A stretch of 64,000 bases of DNA, from contig NW_026889803.1 of NCBI RefSeq assembly GCF_033153115.1, positions 19,530,001 to 19,594,000 of the forward strand, read 5' to 3'. Origin of the DNA: Saccostrea echinata (Eukaryota). Each line of letters begins with the position of its first letter. Positions within the stretch are counted from its first letter, which is position 1. The position numbers were made by a program, and so were the translations under genes. Positions 38,551 to 51,195 of the stretch are shown piece after piece. The notes beneath the pieces are model-generated. The model had not been told where the DNA came from, ran no database searches, and saw nothing but the letters and a program-made list of their open reading frames with translations.

Positions 38551-41500
38551 ATGGATCAATTTGCCGAGATGAGCACCCCTGCTTCTGGTAAGTGTGGGCA
38601 AATCAATTTCATGTGTTAATTTCGCATTTTCTCCGTTACCTAGGAGTACTCTTTGCATACTTTTGGATGTTGTTTGCTATGCACCATTGTTGATTGTTTC
38701 CTAGATACCAAATAATCAGATTTTTTTTCAGCGTATTTAAGGAAGTACATGGAAACCGTATTATTATTTCGGATATGTTGCTTTTAAAATTTGGGACTTT
38801 TGTATTTTGGATAGCATTTTTCATAATAGGAAATTGGTATTGATTATCACATTCAGAGAAAATAACATTTGATTTATTTAATCATAAGGCTTTTCATATT
38901 TGTCACCGAACAAGGACTCGTATCTATAATGGTTACCATCTATAATTAATGACTACCAGTACCTTACAAATACTGTAATTCGTAAATAATCATTGTTGAT
39001 TAATTTTATTAGTTATATCCATTTACTTTTTATGAGAAAAGATCTGAGGAAATGTCTTAACTGTACAATGAACTGAAAAGATCGAAGTTTGTTTTTAAAT
39101 TCATTATTTGGAATGATATAGTCCGTACTTGTAACATTTTCAAATTCCTAATGAAGTAGAGAAGAAAATAGAAACAACTTTTCATAAGAAAATGTTCTAA
39201 AAATATTTTAGAATTCTGTAGATTTTCGTAAAACTACCGAAACTACCGACAGTAAGTTGTAAGATCGTTATACTTTTTTTTAATAAAACATTGGGGAAAA
39301 AACGTAAGAAAAATCATTTATGGGACAAATATTAATGTCAGAGTTTATATCAATAAAAAAGTGTTAAATAAAATGAAAAATTCTCCTTTTACTGTAAAAC
39401 TAATTTGTATATTCTAGAACTAAAGAGATAATAAAAACTTTTCAACGGCTTTCCTCTACATTAAAAATGAAATACTGCACGGAATGGCTCATGAAAAGGG
39501 GATCGTCACTAAGTTACCAAAAGGGGGTTGAGAGGAATGCCACGTGAACAATACCCTAAAACGCAAATCAGTTTTAATACCTGGGTTTGGTGAATTTTTT
39601 ATGTTTACTCATGAATAAATGAGTGGGGTTCTCAGAGTTTTTATTCTACGAGTTTATTCTGCGAGCTAAAAGCAAGAATGTGAATATTTTTTTTTTCAAC
39701 GCTGCTAAAGTTTTTAACAAAATTAATCTTTTTCTCCTTTTAATTTTTCTGATTATTCTTTTATCTTGGTTTTAAAGTTTAAATCTATACCTCAAACAGT
39801 AAATGTTGTTTACCTAATATAAGAAAAGGTGAATCTTAAAAAAAAAGACCTCACTTCTTAATTAAATTAAATAAATGTAAGCTATTCCTCCGCTCTTTCA
39901 ATATATCAGGAATTTTCACAATATCTAGTACATGTATTGATATTCACTAACTGATGGCTTAGAAAATGGGAGATGTATATATCTAAACAAATATATGAAT
40001 TTTGCAGTACAAGTACTTTGCCATTTTGAGAAAATTATACCTTATCTTCACCTCAGCAAATACATGTACATACGATGAGGATTTCTTAATACATGGAAAT
40101 TATTTCGAAAAAAAAGTATTATTTGACATAAAAAATCAATATTTTTTTATTTTATAAATGTTTCAAAAATGACTTCTTGAATGTAAAGAATTGTCAATAT
40201 GATGTTATTCCATATTAGTCATCTGTAAACCATTCAGTGCAGTTCCCTAAGGATGTGTTCATGAAAGTCTATTTCAAACGACAAGAAAGTCTAATCAAAT
40301 TTAACAATTGTGTATTTCTTAATCTGTACGTCTTTACAAACCCAGGATCCCATATTACGCCACCTCCGGGAAGATTTCATGGCGACTTTCTGGAAAATGA
40401 AAGACCATCCTTAAAAGACCCCAACATCGGAGAGTTCAATAGCGGACTATCCTCAAAACGCGGACATGATGAAGAAACGAATTTGGGTTTGTACACAAAA
40501 TTATTGAAAGATAATGAATGTTTGAATTAAATAGCTGTAACTTTTTTCCTGGAGTTTTCTCCTTAAATTTTTTTTATCTTTTAGGGAACTTCCACCGGCT
40601 TCGCAACTGTTCAAAATCCCATTCCACTCCTGCTGCGCTGAAGTGGTACGCATCTATAGAATTTCAATTGCAATTAATTTGCTTTCCCTAATTATTTAAA
40701 TCCAAAGAGCTCACAGAGAAAACAATTCCTATTTCTGATTCAGGCTGGATGAAAATTACGAGATAGCAGAGGCAGTCTGCATCCCCAGATGCACCCTGTA
40801 CTGCCACTACCTGGATTACTGCGAGACTAACGACACACAACCAGTCAATGCTGCCAGCTTTGGAAAGGTTTGTCCAGCTTTTGCATTAAATTTCCTGCAA
40901 TAACCAACTGCGTTGTCTTTTTCTTTTCCCACTGTTTCCAATTTTTTGAGATTCATATTATATATTTGTAGATAATTCGGCAACAGTTTCCTCAAATCAC
41001 AACGCGGCGGCTTGGAACAAGAGGACAATCAAAGTATGCTAATTTTTTGATTCCCCGCAGTGTAGATTAAGCTCTATGAACAAGGTAGGCCTGATTCAGA
41101 ACCGTTTTGCATTTCAGGTATCACTACTATGGCATTGGTGTGCGGGAAACGTCAAAGTATTTTGAGGTTATATTTTCCTCTAAAGGAGCACAGAGGTACA
41201 GAAGAATACAAGTAAATTATCTTGTTTAATTTCTGATTTTTAAGTCTTTCCAGAAAAACAAGTGGGAAAAGGTATATTGAATGAATTTTTTTCAGTTCAG
41301 GCGAGGGAAAAAAGGAAAACGTAAAACAGGTCAGTGATTTTAATTCTATTTTATTTTATTAGATATAAATCATAAAAATAAGAGGTCAACATTACCGCTA
41401 CATTGCGAAAAATTTCGGGTGCGTATCATTACCGCTACATTTTCAAAATTTTCATTACCGCTACATGCACGTTACCGCTACAAGAAAGGAAACATCACCG

Positions 41501-44500
41501 CTACATTTAAAAGTATACATTTCCGCTACATTGCCTCTTTCGTTAGCCAGCGGCTTATGCATGTACAGGTTAACAAAAAAAGAACAAAATAATACATGCA
41601 TTCTAGGCCTGTTTCCCCTGTTCACCACGGGGAAGTGAAAGTAAGACTTTGAGCAGGATGTTTTTTTCCCTCAATTTTTTATTTAAAATCTATTTTATTT
41701 AATAAAACATTTTAGAAAGTTTTATGACCGAGCTTTGTTCATGGATAAAACACACAGTCTTTTCATAATTGGTAGAGTTTTTATGGCCATTTGCTTGACG
41801 TATACTGCTTTCTGGAAATCTCTTGTAATGGATCATAATGAATAAACTTTATATTCAATGGCATTGCTGGCTGATTCGATATGTAGCGGTAATGACTACT
41901 AATCGACAATAGTCTTATTGATAAAATGTAGCGGTAATGGTGGGAGGTCAACATTACCGCTACATTGCGAAAAATTTCAACTCATTACCGCTACATTTCT
42001 CCGAAATTTCGGGTGATCATTATCGCTACATTTTATCAATAAGACTATTGCCGATTGCAAGTCATTACCGCTACATATCGAATTAGCCAGCAATGCCGCG
42101 GAATATAAGTTATATTTATTATGATTCATTAGAGATTTCCAGATAGCAGTACGTCAAGCAAATGACCTACAAAGCTCTACCAATTATGTAAAAACTGTAT
42201 GTTTTATCCATGAACAATGCTCGGTTTGAAAACTTTCTAAAATGTTTTATTAAATAAAATAGATTTTAAATTTAAAAAATGAAGAAAAAAAACCATCCTG
42301 CTCAAAGTCATACTTTTACTCCCCGTGTTGAGCAGGGGAAACATGTCTTATGCATGTATTGTTCCATACTTTTAATCAACCTGTACATCCACAAGCCGCT
42401 GGCAAGTAGATCGAGGCGATGTAGCGGTAATGTATACTTTTAAATGTAGCGGTAATGTAACCTTTTTTGTAGCGGTAATGAGTATGTAGCAGTAATGACA
42501 ATTTTAGTTTAAGCCATATTTTATTTGAAAATGACAAGCAGAAGATACAGATACGTAGTACGAAAAAAATCTAAAAGGATTCGGAAACTAGTTTGAAAAC
42601 TTATACTAATCCGTTTCCTTATTATTATGATAAAGATGACAGACCCTTATTAGATAGCTACATAACACGGTTTGAAGCTGCTTAAAAAAATATTTGAAAT
42701 TGACATACATGTTAAGTTAGAAATCACGTCGATTCACACAATTTTCAATTGACAATTTTGAAAATGTAGCTTTAATGATACGCATCCGTAATGATCACCC
42801 GACATTTCGAAGAAATGTAGCGATAATGAGTTGAAATTTTGGGATATCAACATTACCGCTACATTGCGAAAAATTTCAACTCATTACCGCTACATTTTCT
42901 CAAATTTTCGGGCGATCATTACCGCTACATTTTATCAAAGGGATTAATGCCGACAACAACTCCTTACCGCTACATACCGAATCGGCCAACAATGGGACGG
43001 GTATGAGTTCCATTCAATAGAATTCACTCACCATGTAGTGAAGTACAATTTGGATCTGAATTCTTATCAAAATGAGTATATTTAAGTCTGTAGTCGAGTT
43101 AGCGTCAGATGAATGTCATGGCTACTATTGAGAAATTTGGGACAAATAAAAAATTAAAATAAAACCCATCCTGCTCAGTCCTACTTTCACCTCCCCGTGG
43201 TGAGCAAGGGCAAAGGTCTTATGCATGTATATATATGTTGTACTATACACGCATAAGACGCTGGCTAACGAAAGAGACAATGTAGCGGTAATATATCCTT
43301 TTTGTAGCGGTAATGACAATTTTGAAAATGTAGCGGTAATGATACGCACCCAAATGAGAGAAGAGGCCAGCATTGCACAAACTCCCCATACAAAAGCTCC
43401 TTAATTCTGTTTTTTCTATTGAATATTCATGGTCCAGAAAAAGTACCAATATCCTTCAGTCAGATGCACAGTAACCACACTTTTGTGGTCATGGTGCTCA
43501 TTTGTTTTTTATTTTGAAAATAAACATAATGTATATCATCGTACAGTTATTTGTCTCAATTTCAAAGTAAACAAAATATTCCTTTCCGATTTTTTTTTTG
43601 CATGAATCAATTTATATATTTAAATCAGATTGTTGCCTACTCACCTCGGTCCAAACTCGGTACCTTGCTACCAGATTTTCCAGATATCAAAGACATCAAA
43701 CTACCAGACACTGTAGCCGAAGACAAGGTTTGGAACAAAATAAAGATATGGGTCCATTTTAAAGATTTAAGGTTTATTATAAAACATTATATTTTCATAT
43801 GCTGTTACTTGAAATAAGACATTTGTACATCATGGTGAAATAGAAAATCACTTTATTTTTAATAATTCATGTATTTTAGGTTGTGACCTTTATGATGATG
43901 TATAGAACACATTGCCAGAGAATACTCGATACTGTCATTAGAGCTAATTTTGACGAGGTAAACCGACTTGCTCACCTCAGTATATCACCTCACACACTCC
44001 TCAAATCTTCTTTTGTAGAAGTAATGATAAAACCAACACAGTAAGAGCTGCTAGATGAGGGGTGTAATGATATCTAGATACTGCAAAAGAGGACACTACA
44101 ATGCAATTTTACAACTATATTGCAATACATGTATTTTTTATCGTAGTGCAATTAGATATTTTCTGAAAGTTTATGACAAAAGATCCATGATGAGTATCAA
44201 TTAAACGTCACGATTATATTTAATTTTAAACATTTGCAAGTTGTTATGAATTAAACGACCCGAAATTTTAATTTTTATCACGGTTAACCCATTCAATGAA
44301 ACGGTTCCAGGAGTAGAATATAATTTTCTTTTTTTTTAAAAAAAACATAATCCAATACCGGTATATAAAAACAATACGCCCAGGACCTTGAAACCTCTTA
44401 AAGTTAAGTCAAAATCTTTAGGTTTTACTAAAATGTTTAAGAAGACAAACAGACCAAAATTAAAATATTTTTCAATATTGCTTATAAAAAGTGATTGTTA

Positions 44501-47500
44501 TCTGCAAATTTAGATTTTTTTTCAACAATTGTTAAACATGTACATTTTACAGGTAATTGAAAATTTGACTTAAGTATCAGTCTGCTTGAAGCCAAGTTTA
44601 TTAAGCAAATGTATCTTGGTTCAAGAAAACAATGATAGGAATTTATTCAATCTTTGTTCATCTTATAATGGGTAAAGTGCTTCATAAATCAATACAATAC
44701 AATGTGTATTATATTATAGAAAAATAGGGAATATTGCAATATGTATAATGCAATGTGATTTTCATGGCAACACTACACCTCAAGTTGCAAGAGAGAAAAA
44801 TCTTTTTGCTTACTATCTATCAAATAATACTATACTAAGTATATAAGAATGCATAATTATTTTTTATTCAGGTTCAGAGTTTCCTCCTTCACTTTTGGCA
44901 AGGCATGCCGGGACATATGATGGCAGTCCTGGATTCGCAGACGATAGTTCTGTTGGTGGGAGTCTGTGACACCATGTTGTACAAAGCCATCGCTAATGTC
45001 CTCATGCCGACTGTCCTCCAAGCCCTACCAGAGAGGTAAATGTGAAGGTTTTTATTTTATTTCCATCTTTTAGTTCCTCAGGGACGCCAAACTCTTCTGT
45101 TCTTTTGCATTTTCATTTCTTTGTCTGTTTAAAGCTGTTTTTCTTAGAACTGTTCTTCGCTATTTCTATTATTTGTTATATTTGATTTAGAAATATCACT
45201 AAACTTTATATATTGGAATGTCATCATTTCTTTCACTGCTCACCTTCCAGGATTTACAAACCTTCATATTCCACAACATTTATCTTTATCGTTTGTGGGA
45301 ATTTTTAACTTGTCATTTCTCGTCTGATCTTTCATTGATATATTGTCTCTGAAGGTTTTCATGTGGACTCAAAAAAACCCAGCTTTATATTTCAGTCTGA
45401 TACAAGTTATCAAGAAATTTTCAAAACAACTGGACGAATGGTTAAAGATTGCGCTAGAGTCCTTACCAAATGGAGTCAGGAAAATGAAATTTGACCGTTA
45501 GTATTCGAAAACTTCGTACATTTTTATTTTTTCGATATATATATATATATTGTTAAAAAGGATTATAAGAATCGAACAAATTCAATGAATATTTACTTTA
45601 ATTAATACCCGTATAAACCTTATATTCTTTATTTTTCATAACTTTGATATCTTATTAAAATTAAATTAATAATTTCTTTAAATCATCGCGAGACAATCCT
45701 CATTTGGGTGCATTAAAAAGACACAGAAAAATGATAAAACACAAATTATGGACACGATGGAAAGAAACAGTCATATAGTTATTCAAACAATGACCATGTT
45801 TTCTTATCCAGTAGCCCGTCGATTTGCTCAAGTTCTTCGACGTCAAACCTCCCTGAATCACCTCTGCCAGGCGGCGCGGACCGTGGTCCACAGCCCCGAC
45901 ATCTCCTCCCAGATGTTGGAGGATTGGATCAGCGTTGACCTCAACAGTATCATCAAACAGACTATGTACACCATGGAGAGTTATAACGAGAAGGTTACAG
46001 AAACTATTGCCAATCGTAAGACTTTGTTTATCATTACATAATTGAGGTCGGGTAATCAGTCTGTGAAATTCTTACTTCCTTTCAACCTTTATTTTTTTTT
46101 AAGAAAAAAAGTTGTTTATATACATATATGAAGTGTAGTAAAGGTTTAATGATGATTTTTGGAACGCCGATGTTTTATTTCATCAACAATCCTTAATTTC
46201 GTTCGTGATGATTAATTGGGGATGCGTGCTTTCTTAACGTCTTAGCATGATACTAGTATTTTCTTTAAAAAAATTATCCCTGTATACATCCAACAGTGAC
46301 GTAATGTTGTTTATTTATATAATTACTTAAATTTTATTTTTAAAAAAGTTTGCTGTGAATTTGAACAACTCTTGGAAGACCAAGCACCTTTGCAGTCCTA
46401 TGTAGAATGGCTGGATAACATGGTCGATAAATGTGTGGTCCAGGTTAGTATATACTTCACTGATCACATACTCGTATTCTGTTGATTTCCTTAGACCATT
46501 ATTTACATTTTTCACTGTATGTCATTTTAGTATGCCAAGAAAAGACCCGGTTCTCTGCGAAGAACGGCTCGACAGTTCTTGCTGATGTGGTCTTGTTTTG
46601 GAACCAGAATCATTCGAGACATGACGTTGCACAGCGCTCCAAGCTTCGGTAAGTTTAATTCTTAAACTTAATTTTAATGACTAAAATGAATCAATTACCA
46701 ATTTTCACCATATTTTTGATAAATATTAGCACACATCTGTTTCATATTTGGATATTTTATTAGAAAAAGATGTTAATGGTAATCTAACAACAAAGCTTTA
46801 TGATAAACGTGATGACTTTAACTTTTCAATCGTCAACTTCCCTTATTTATGCATCAATATACCCTTATCACCTGCATACGGGGTTTATATCTGTCAGTTG
46901 ATTCGATACGCAAGAGCATGCTCTACGTATGAACAATTTCTAAAACGAGGTAAATTATTGATAAACAAATTGATGAAACAAGAATATCAACAGTCTCGTT
47001 TAAAGTCATCATTTTGTAAGTTCTATGGTCGATACAATGACCTTGTCAGCAAATACAATTTATCATTGCGTCAAATGCTGACTGACGTTTTTCATACTAA
47101 ATGTTAGGCCATTATTTACACACTGAATTGCCGACGGATTTTTCCGTTATTTCCCGATCATGACAAGGAGCACACGGCGGGTGTGACCGGTCGGCAGGGG
47201 ATGCTCACTCCTCCATGGCACCTGATACCACCTCTAATGTTTTGGAGGTCCGTGTTTGCTCTGCACCTATTTTGTAATGTTTACTGGACTCTTGAGCTCG
47301 AATACTGTTCGTTATCTCCACATCATTCACCATAGTATTAGGATCATCAACTTATATCTTTTAAAAGAACGAGTGTCGCCCGCGTGGCGCAGTGGTTTAG
47401 AGAGTTTGCTGTAGAGTCGCGAAGTAAGGAGCTGGAGCTGATCCTTACGTCGCGGTTCGAATCCACTGCAGGACGTGGAGACCGGTCCTTCGGATGAGAC

Positions 47501-50158
47501 CGTATAAACCGAGGTTCCGTGTCGCAGTAGGTCTTGGCACAAAAAAGATTCTTCACTGTTCAATGGTCCTAAGTGCCGAGCATAGGTATAAATTTGCAGC
47601 CCTCCACCGGCAAGTGGTGGAGTCTCCATATAAGTGAAAAATTCTAGAGGAACGTTAAACAACATTCAAAAAAACAAAATAAAAGCACGAGTTATTTAAT
47701 TTAATTCCTGTTTTAACCTTTACTACACATGTATGCTATTTTTGCATCATGCATTATCATTTCTACGCATAATATCTATTTCACATTTTTGTTCACTTAT
47801 CCTTTTTTTATATTAAAATAAGTTTTCTTTGAAACTAGGTTCGTTTCACTTGCTCCATCTAATGTTTGATGACTACGTGTTGTATCTAGTGGAAAATCTG
47901 TACAGCGAAGAGAGGTCTAAAGATTTTCTGAGACACATCAAAGGGGAAATTACAGGTTTTGTTTTTTATACAGACCTTGTCTAACTTGTTAAAAAAAATA
48001 TTTCAAGAACAGTATTTTACACAAAAATGAATTTAGTCATTTTGGTCGTTATTTCTCCTTTACATTGTGCAGCGTTGCAATATTGTTGGTATATGCATTG
48101 TACATAGGACTTCAGGTAGCGATAGGTGGTTTAAAAGAATAAATTAAACTTGCAGATCTGACGGACGATGAGCCATTACCCGACTACAGTATAATTAAAG
48201 AAGCTTTCATGGCATCTGAACCGAGAGAATCTCCAACAGAAACAAATATGGAAGTTATGGAAAGGAGTGTCTACAAGAAAAATATTGGTAACAAATAATC
48301 TCATCAAGAAGTTCAATTTAAAATTGTATTGGTATTTGTCTTGTCATCAGATTTTTTTAATGATAATTTTAGAATTAATAACTCAGTTGTCAAGTATATT
48401 TAAAAGGAAATGAAAGAGCAACAATTTCTCCAAGAACTCAGTTTCAAACTTCGACTTATGAATGCACTCACTCCACTTCTGAAAATCAGAGAATATCGCT
48501 TTCGTAAGTTTTTTTCCCCAGATATTTAAACAATGTTTGAGAATATTTTAAATCTACATACCGACATCATTGTGATGCGATTCATTCTACATAATTCTAC
48601 ATAAATCATGATTTCTTTTTATTTTGATCGTATTTGTGTGGGGGTTGGGGGTTGAAGAAACAAATTTGAGGAACGATTATGTTTCGAAACATATTATGTG
48701 GTTGAAAAAAAATCCACGTCTTTTTTTTAAATCTATTTATGACGGTAAGGGATATCCACAAAAACCTATCATTTAAATGATACATTCTAAAAAAAAAGTA
48801 GTTGAGTTGAAAATCTTTTAATCGTAGATTACGTATATTATATTACATTAACATTTTTTTGGCATATTTTTTAGAAAACAAGTTTACCATTCGCGGAATT
48901 TTATGGAGTCTGGTATATATTATGGAAAACCGTGTAACCACTCCAATGATCAACAGGTAAGAAACTATCTGTAAAAAATCACCATCCAATTAAAACATTA
49001 TATATCTTATATCCCTTGCTTGGGAGTAAATTCACACTGGTAATATTATTTAGGAAAGTCATACTTCTAATTTGGTCAAAGATCATGGAAATTCATTTTT
49101 GACTTTCTGAAAAAAAATTATCATATAAGCAATTTTAGAATGAAAAAGTATTTCTCTTTAAAATCATAGGATACCCAAAATCAGGGAAAAAGTGGTGTGT
49201 TTAGCAAAGCATCTGTATTTCTTTAATTTTAGATTCAAATAATATTTTATATGGTAAAGCATGGAAAATTACTCTAAATTTATGTTATATTTGTGGAATT
49301 TCATTTTTGTTTAGTTTTTTTCATTAAATTTCAGTGTAGATATAAACGTATATAATAAGGGAGAATGAAAAGAAATAAGGCTGGTTTGATGGGAAAATTT
49401 TATGATAAATATGCATTTTAGCATTAAATAAGCTCGTACAAACTATATTTTACAAATTTCTATAACATATATTTTGAGTATCTTATTTCCTTAAGGTATT
49501 CAATTGTTCAAATACGTACATTGCGACTGAGATGTGTAAGTTTTTATTCTGTTCAATAGATATCTGGTACACATTCTAACAACAACGCTATGTCTACCGA
49601 AGTGAATTGCTTCAATCAAGACCAGACTTATGAAATGAACAATCACAATTCTTTTTTCATGGAATTACCAGGCAACAGTATCTCCGAACACAATGGTTAC
49701 ACAACACAGTTTGTATTTTTTATAGTCCTTTTAGAAGACTTTTAAAATCCATTATTTCATGCAATTAACAAATTTAAAATGTCACCAAAGTTCTAAATTG
49801 ACATTTAATTTTCAAGAAAATATAAAGATCTAAATGCATTTCTTGAAGTTATTTTTTAAAAATGCAATTTTTAAATAAATACATGTTAAACAACGTGTTG
49901 AAATATCATCGTATCATAGAAAATTCAGTCTTAACTTTCATAATGCACTGCAATTTAAATTTCAGTAACGACGAGTTTTCATTCCAACGTTTCTTCAAAA
50001 ATGATCAAAACGGACGAGGAACGTTTAATCAGCCAACTGAAAGAGGAAATATTACACCGGATGTTATGTGTAACTATGGTTACACCACTGGACATTGCTA
50101 TGGTTACCACTCGTCATATACGAGCAGAAGGTATCGGATGGTGGATGCTCCAGAATGA
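38551..50158 (+). CDS. RFX4: Regulatory factor X4-like winged-helix transcription factor
   Basis: DNA-binding domain [27 protein letters not shown]…[39 protein letters not shown], plus RFX4-type [14 protein letters not shown] and [38 protein letters not shown]. Exons: 38551-38587, 40346-40486, 40585-40645, 40744-40867, 40972-41033, 41118-41195, 41296-41329, 43629-43727, 43880-43957, 44872-45035, 45396-45496, 45812-46015, 46349-46443, 46531-46648, 47839-47955, 48156-48287, 48407-48503, 48875-48956, 49560-49708, 49966-50158. The first two and last five exons rest on splice sites and phase continuity only. AATAAA at about 50198. Confidence 0.9.
41382..43352. repeat. Cluster of CATTACCGCTACA-repeat DNA elements in alternating orientation
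   Basis: Three starts of the form TCAACATTACCGCTACATTGCGAAAAATTTC (about 41386, 41948, 42847). Segment 41455-41940 is the reverse complement of about 42017-42500. Confidence 0.85.
44059..44782. mobile_element. Degraded hAT-like non-autonomous element
   Basis: GAGGGGTGTAATGAT … ACACTACACCTC imperfect ends with CAATAC/TATTG subterminal repeats. Confidence 0.35.
46731..47331 (+). mobile_element. 5'-truncated Penelope-like retroelement (RT thumb plus 3' UTR)
   Basis: Open frame [36 protein letters not shown]…[18 protein letters not shown]…KFYGRY. It stops at 47107 with no C-terminal GIY-YIG domain, as expected for permuted Naiad/Chlamys-type elements. Confidence 0.8.
47375..47679 (+). mobile_element. 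Full-length tRNA-derived SINE with a V-domain-like core
   Basis: A box TGGCGCAGTGG (47385), B box GGTTCGAATCC (47454), core GTCCTTCGGATGAGACCGTATAAACCGAGG, A-rich tail, 13-bp TSD TAAAAG(A/C)ACGAGT (47362-47374 and 47680-47692). Confidence 0.9.
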
Positions 50159-51195
50159 TTTCAATAATGTGGATGAATTATACATGTAGAAAATTTGAAA
50201 TAAAGATAATAAATAATTTGTTTATTGCATTGGAAAGAAAATAAATCCATTACTTTCACAGATGATTTATTTCTATCTAAAAAAGCATATATTTGGGCAT
50301 TTTATCATACAATTTAAGAACTCTTGTCTTGAATACGTCCCTAACAAACCAAATGCTTTTCAATACAAAATAAGCTGAATTCCATTTGTGGAATGCCTTG
50401 GAGAAACAATGAATCAAATATGGTCTAAACTATAAAAGATATGACAAAAGTTAGTGCTTCTTTTTTAATACTGGACTTATGGTCAGTGCTGTGTGGATTG
50501 TTTGCAAATCAAACACACCCAGTAAAACCCAAATGTAAGCAATAACAGTCTCATACCCATGTTTACAAATACATGTATTTGTTGAAATTGTTGATGAATG
50601 CCATTTTCATAAAATATTAAGAATTTTCATCATGTAAGATCAATTCCTTTAACTGAAGTAATTTTTTAAATGGAGAATATTTAAAAATGTACCTAAAACA
50701 GGAATATAATTGAGTTATTGCCCCATTTAAACATAAAATAATATAACTTAATCAAACATTGCTAAATACATGTACTTAAGTAAATAGAGAGAACATTCAC
50801 CTTATCTTCTACTTATTATTGAATTTGAAAAAAGAACAACAACAAAAACATCTTGATTATAGAAAACACAATATTTTTATAATTTGAACATCAAAAATAA
50901 TAATGACAAATTATACATATGAAGAAAACGAATAGGTCTAACATAAAATGAATTTAATAATAATAAGAATCCTATCACCACAATACGATCTCTGTAGATA
51001 GAAAATAAAGTTGAAAAATAAGTTGAAATTCAGGGCAATAACTTTCAAATTATTAGTACAACATAATATATGCAGCTTGACAATCTTAGCTAATTAAACC
51101 CTGTTAAAGTATTGAGCAGCTGAAGATCTATTAGATTTGACAATGTAAATCAAACTAATATTCAATTTTACGTTCATTAGCTTTCTCCTCTTTTT

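Noticed and set aside
47375-47475. tRNA gene (A and B boxes)
   Set aside because: The spacing between boxes is too long, there is no clean cloverleaf, and it continues into a SINE core, A-rich tail and TSD.
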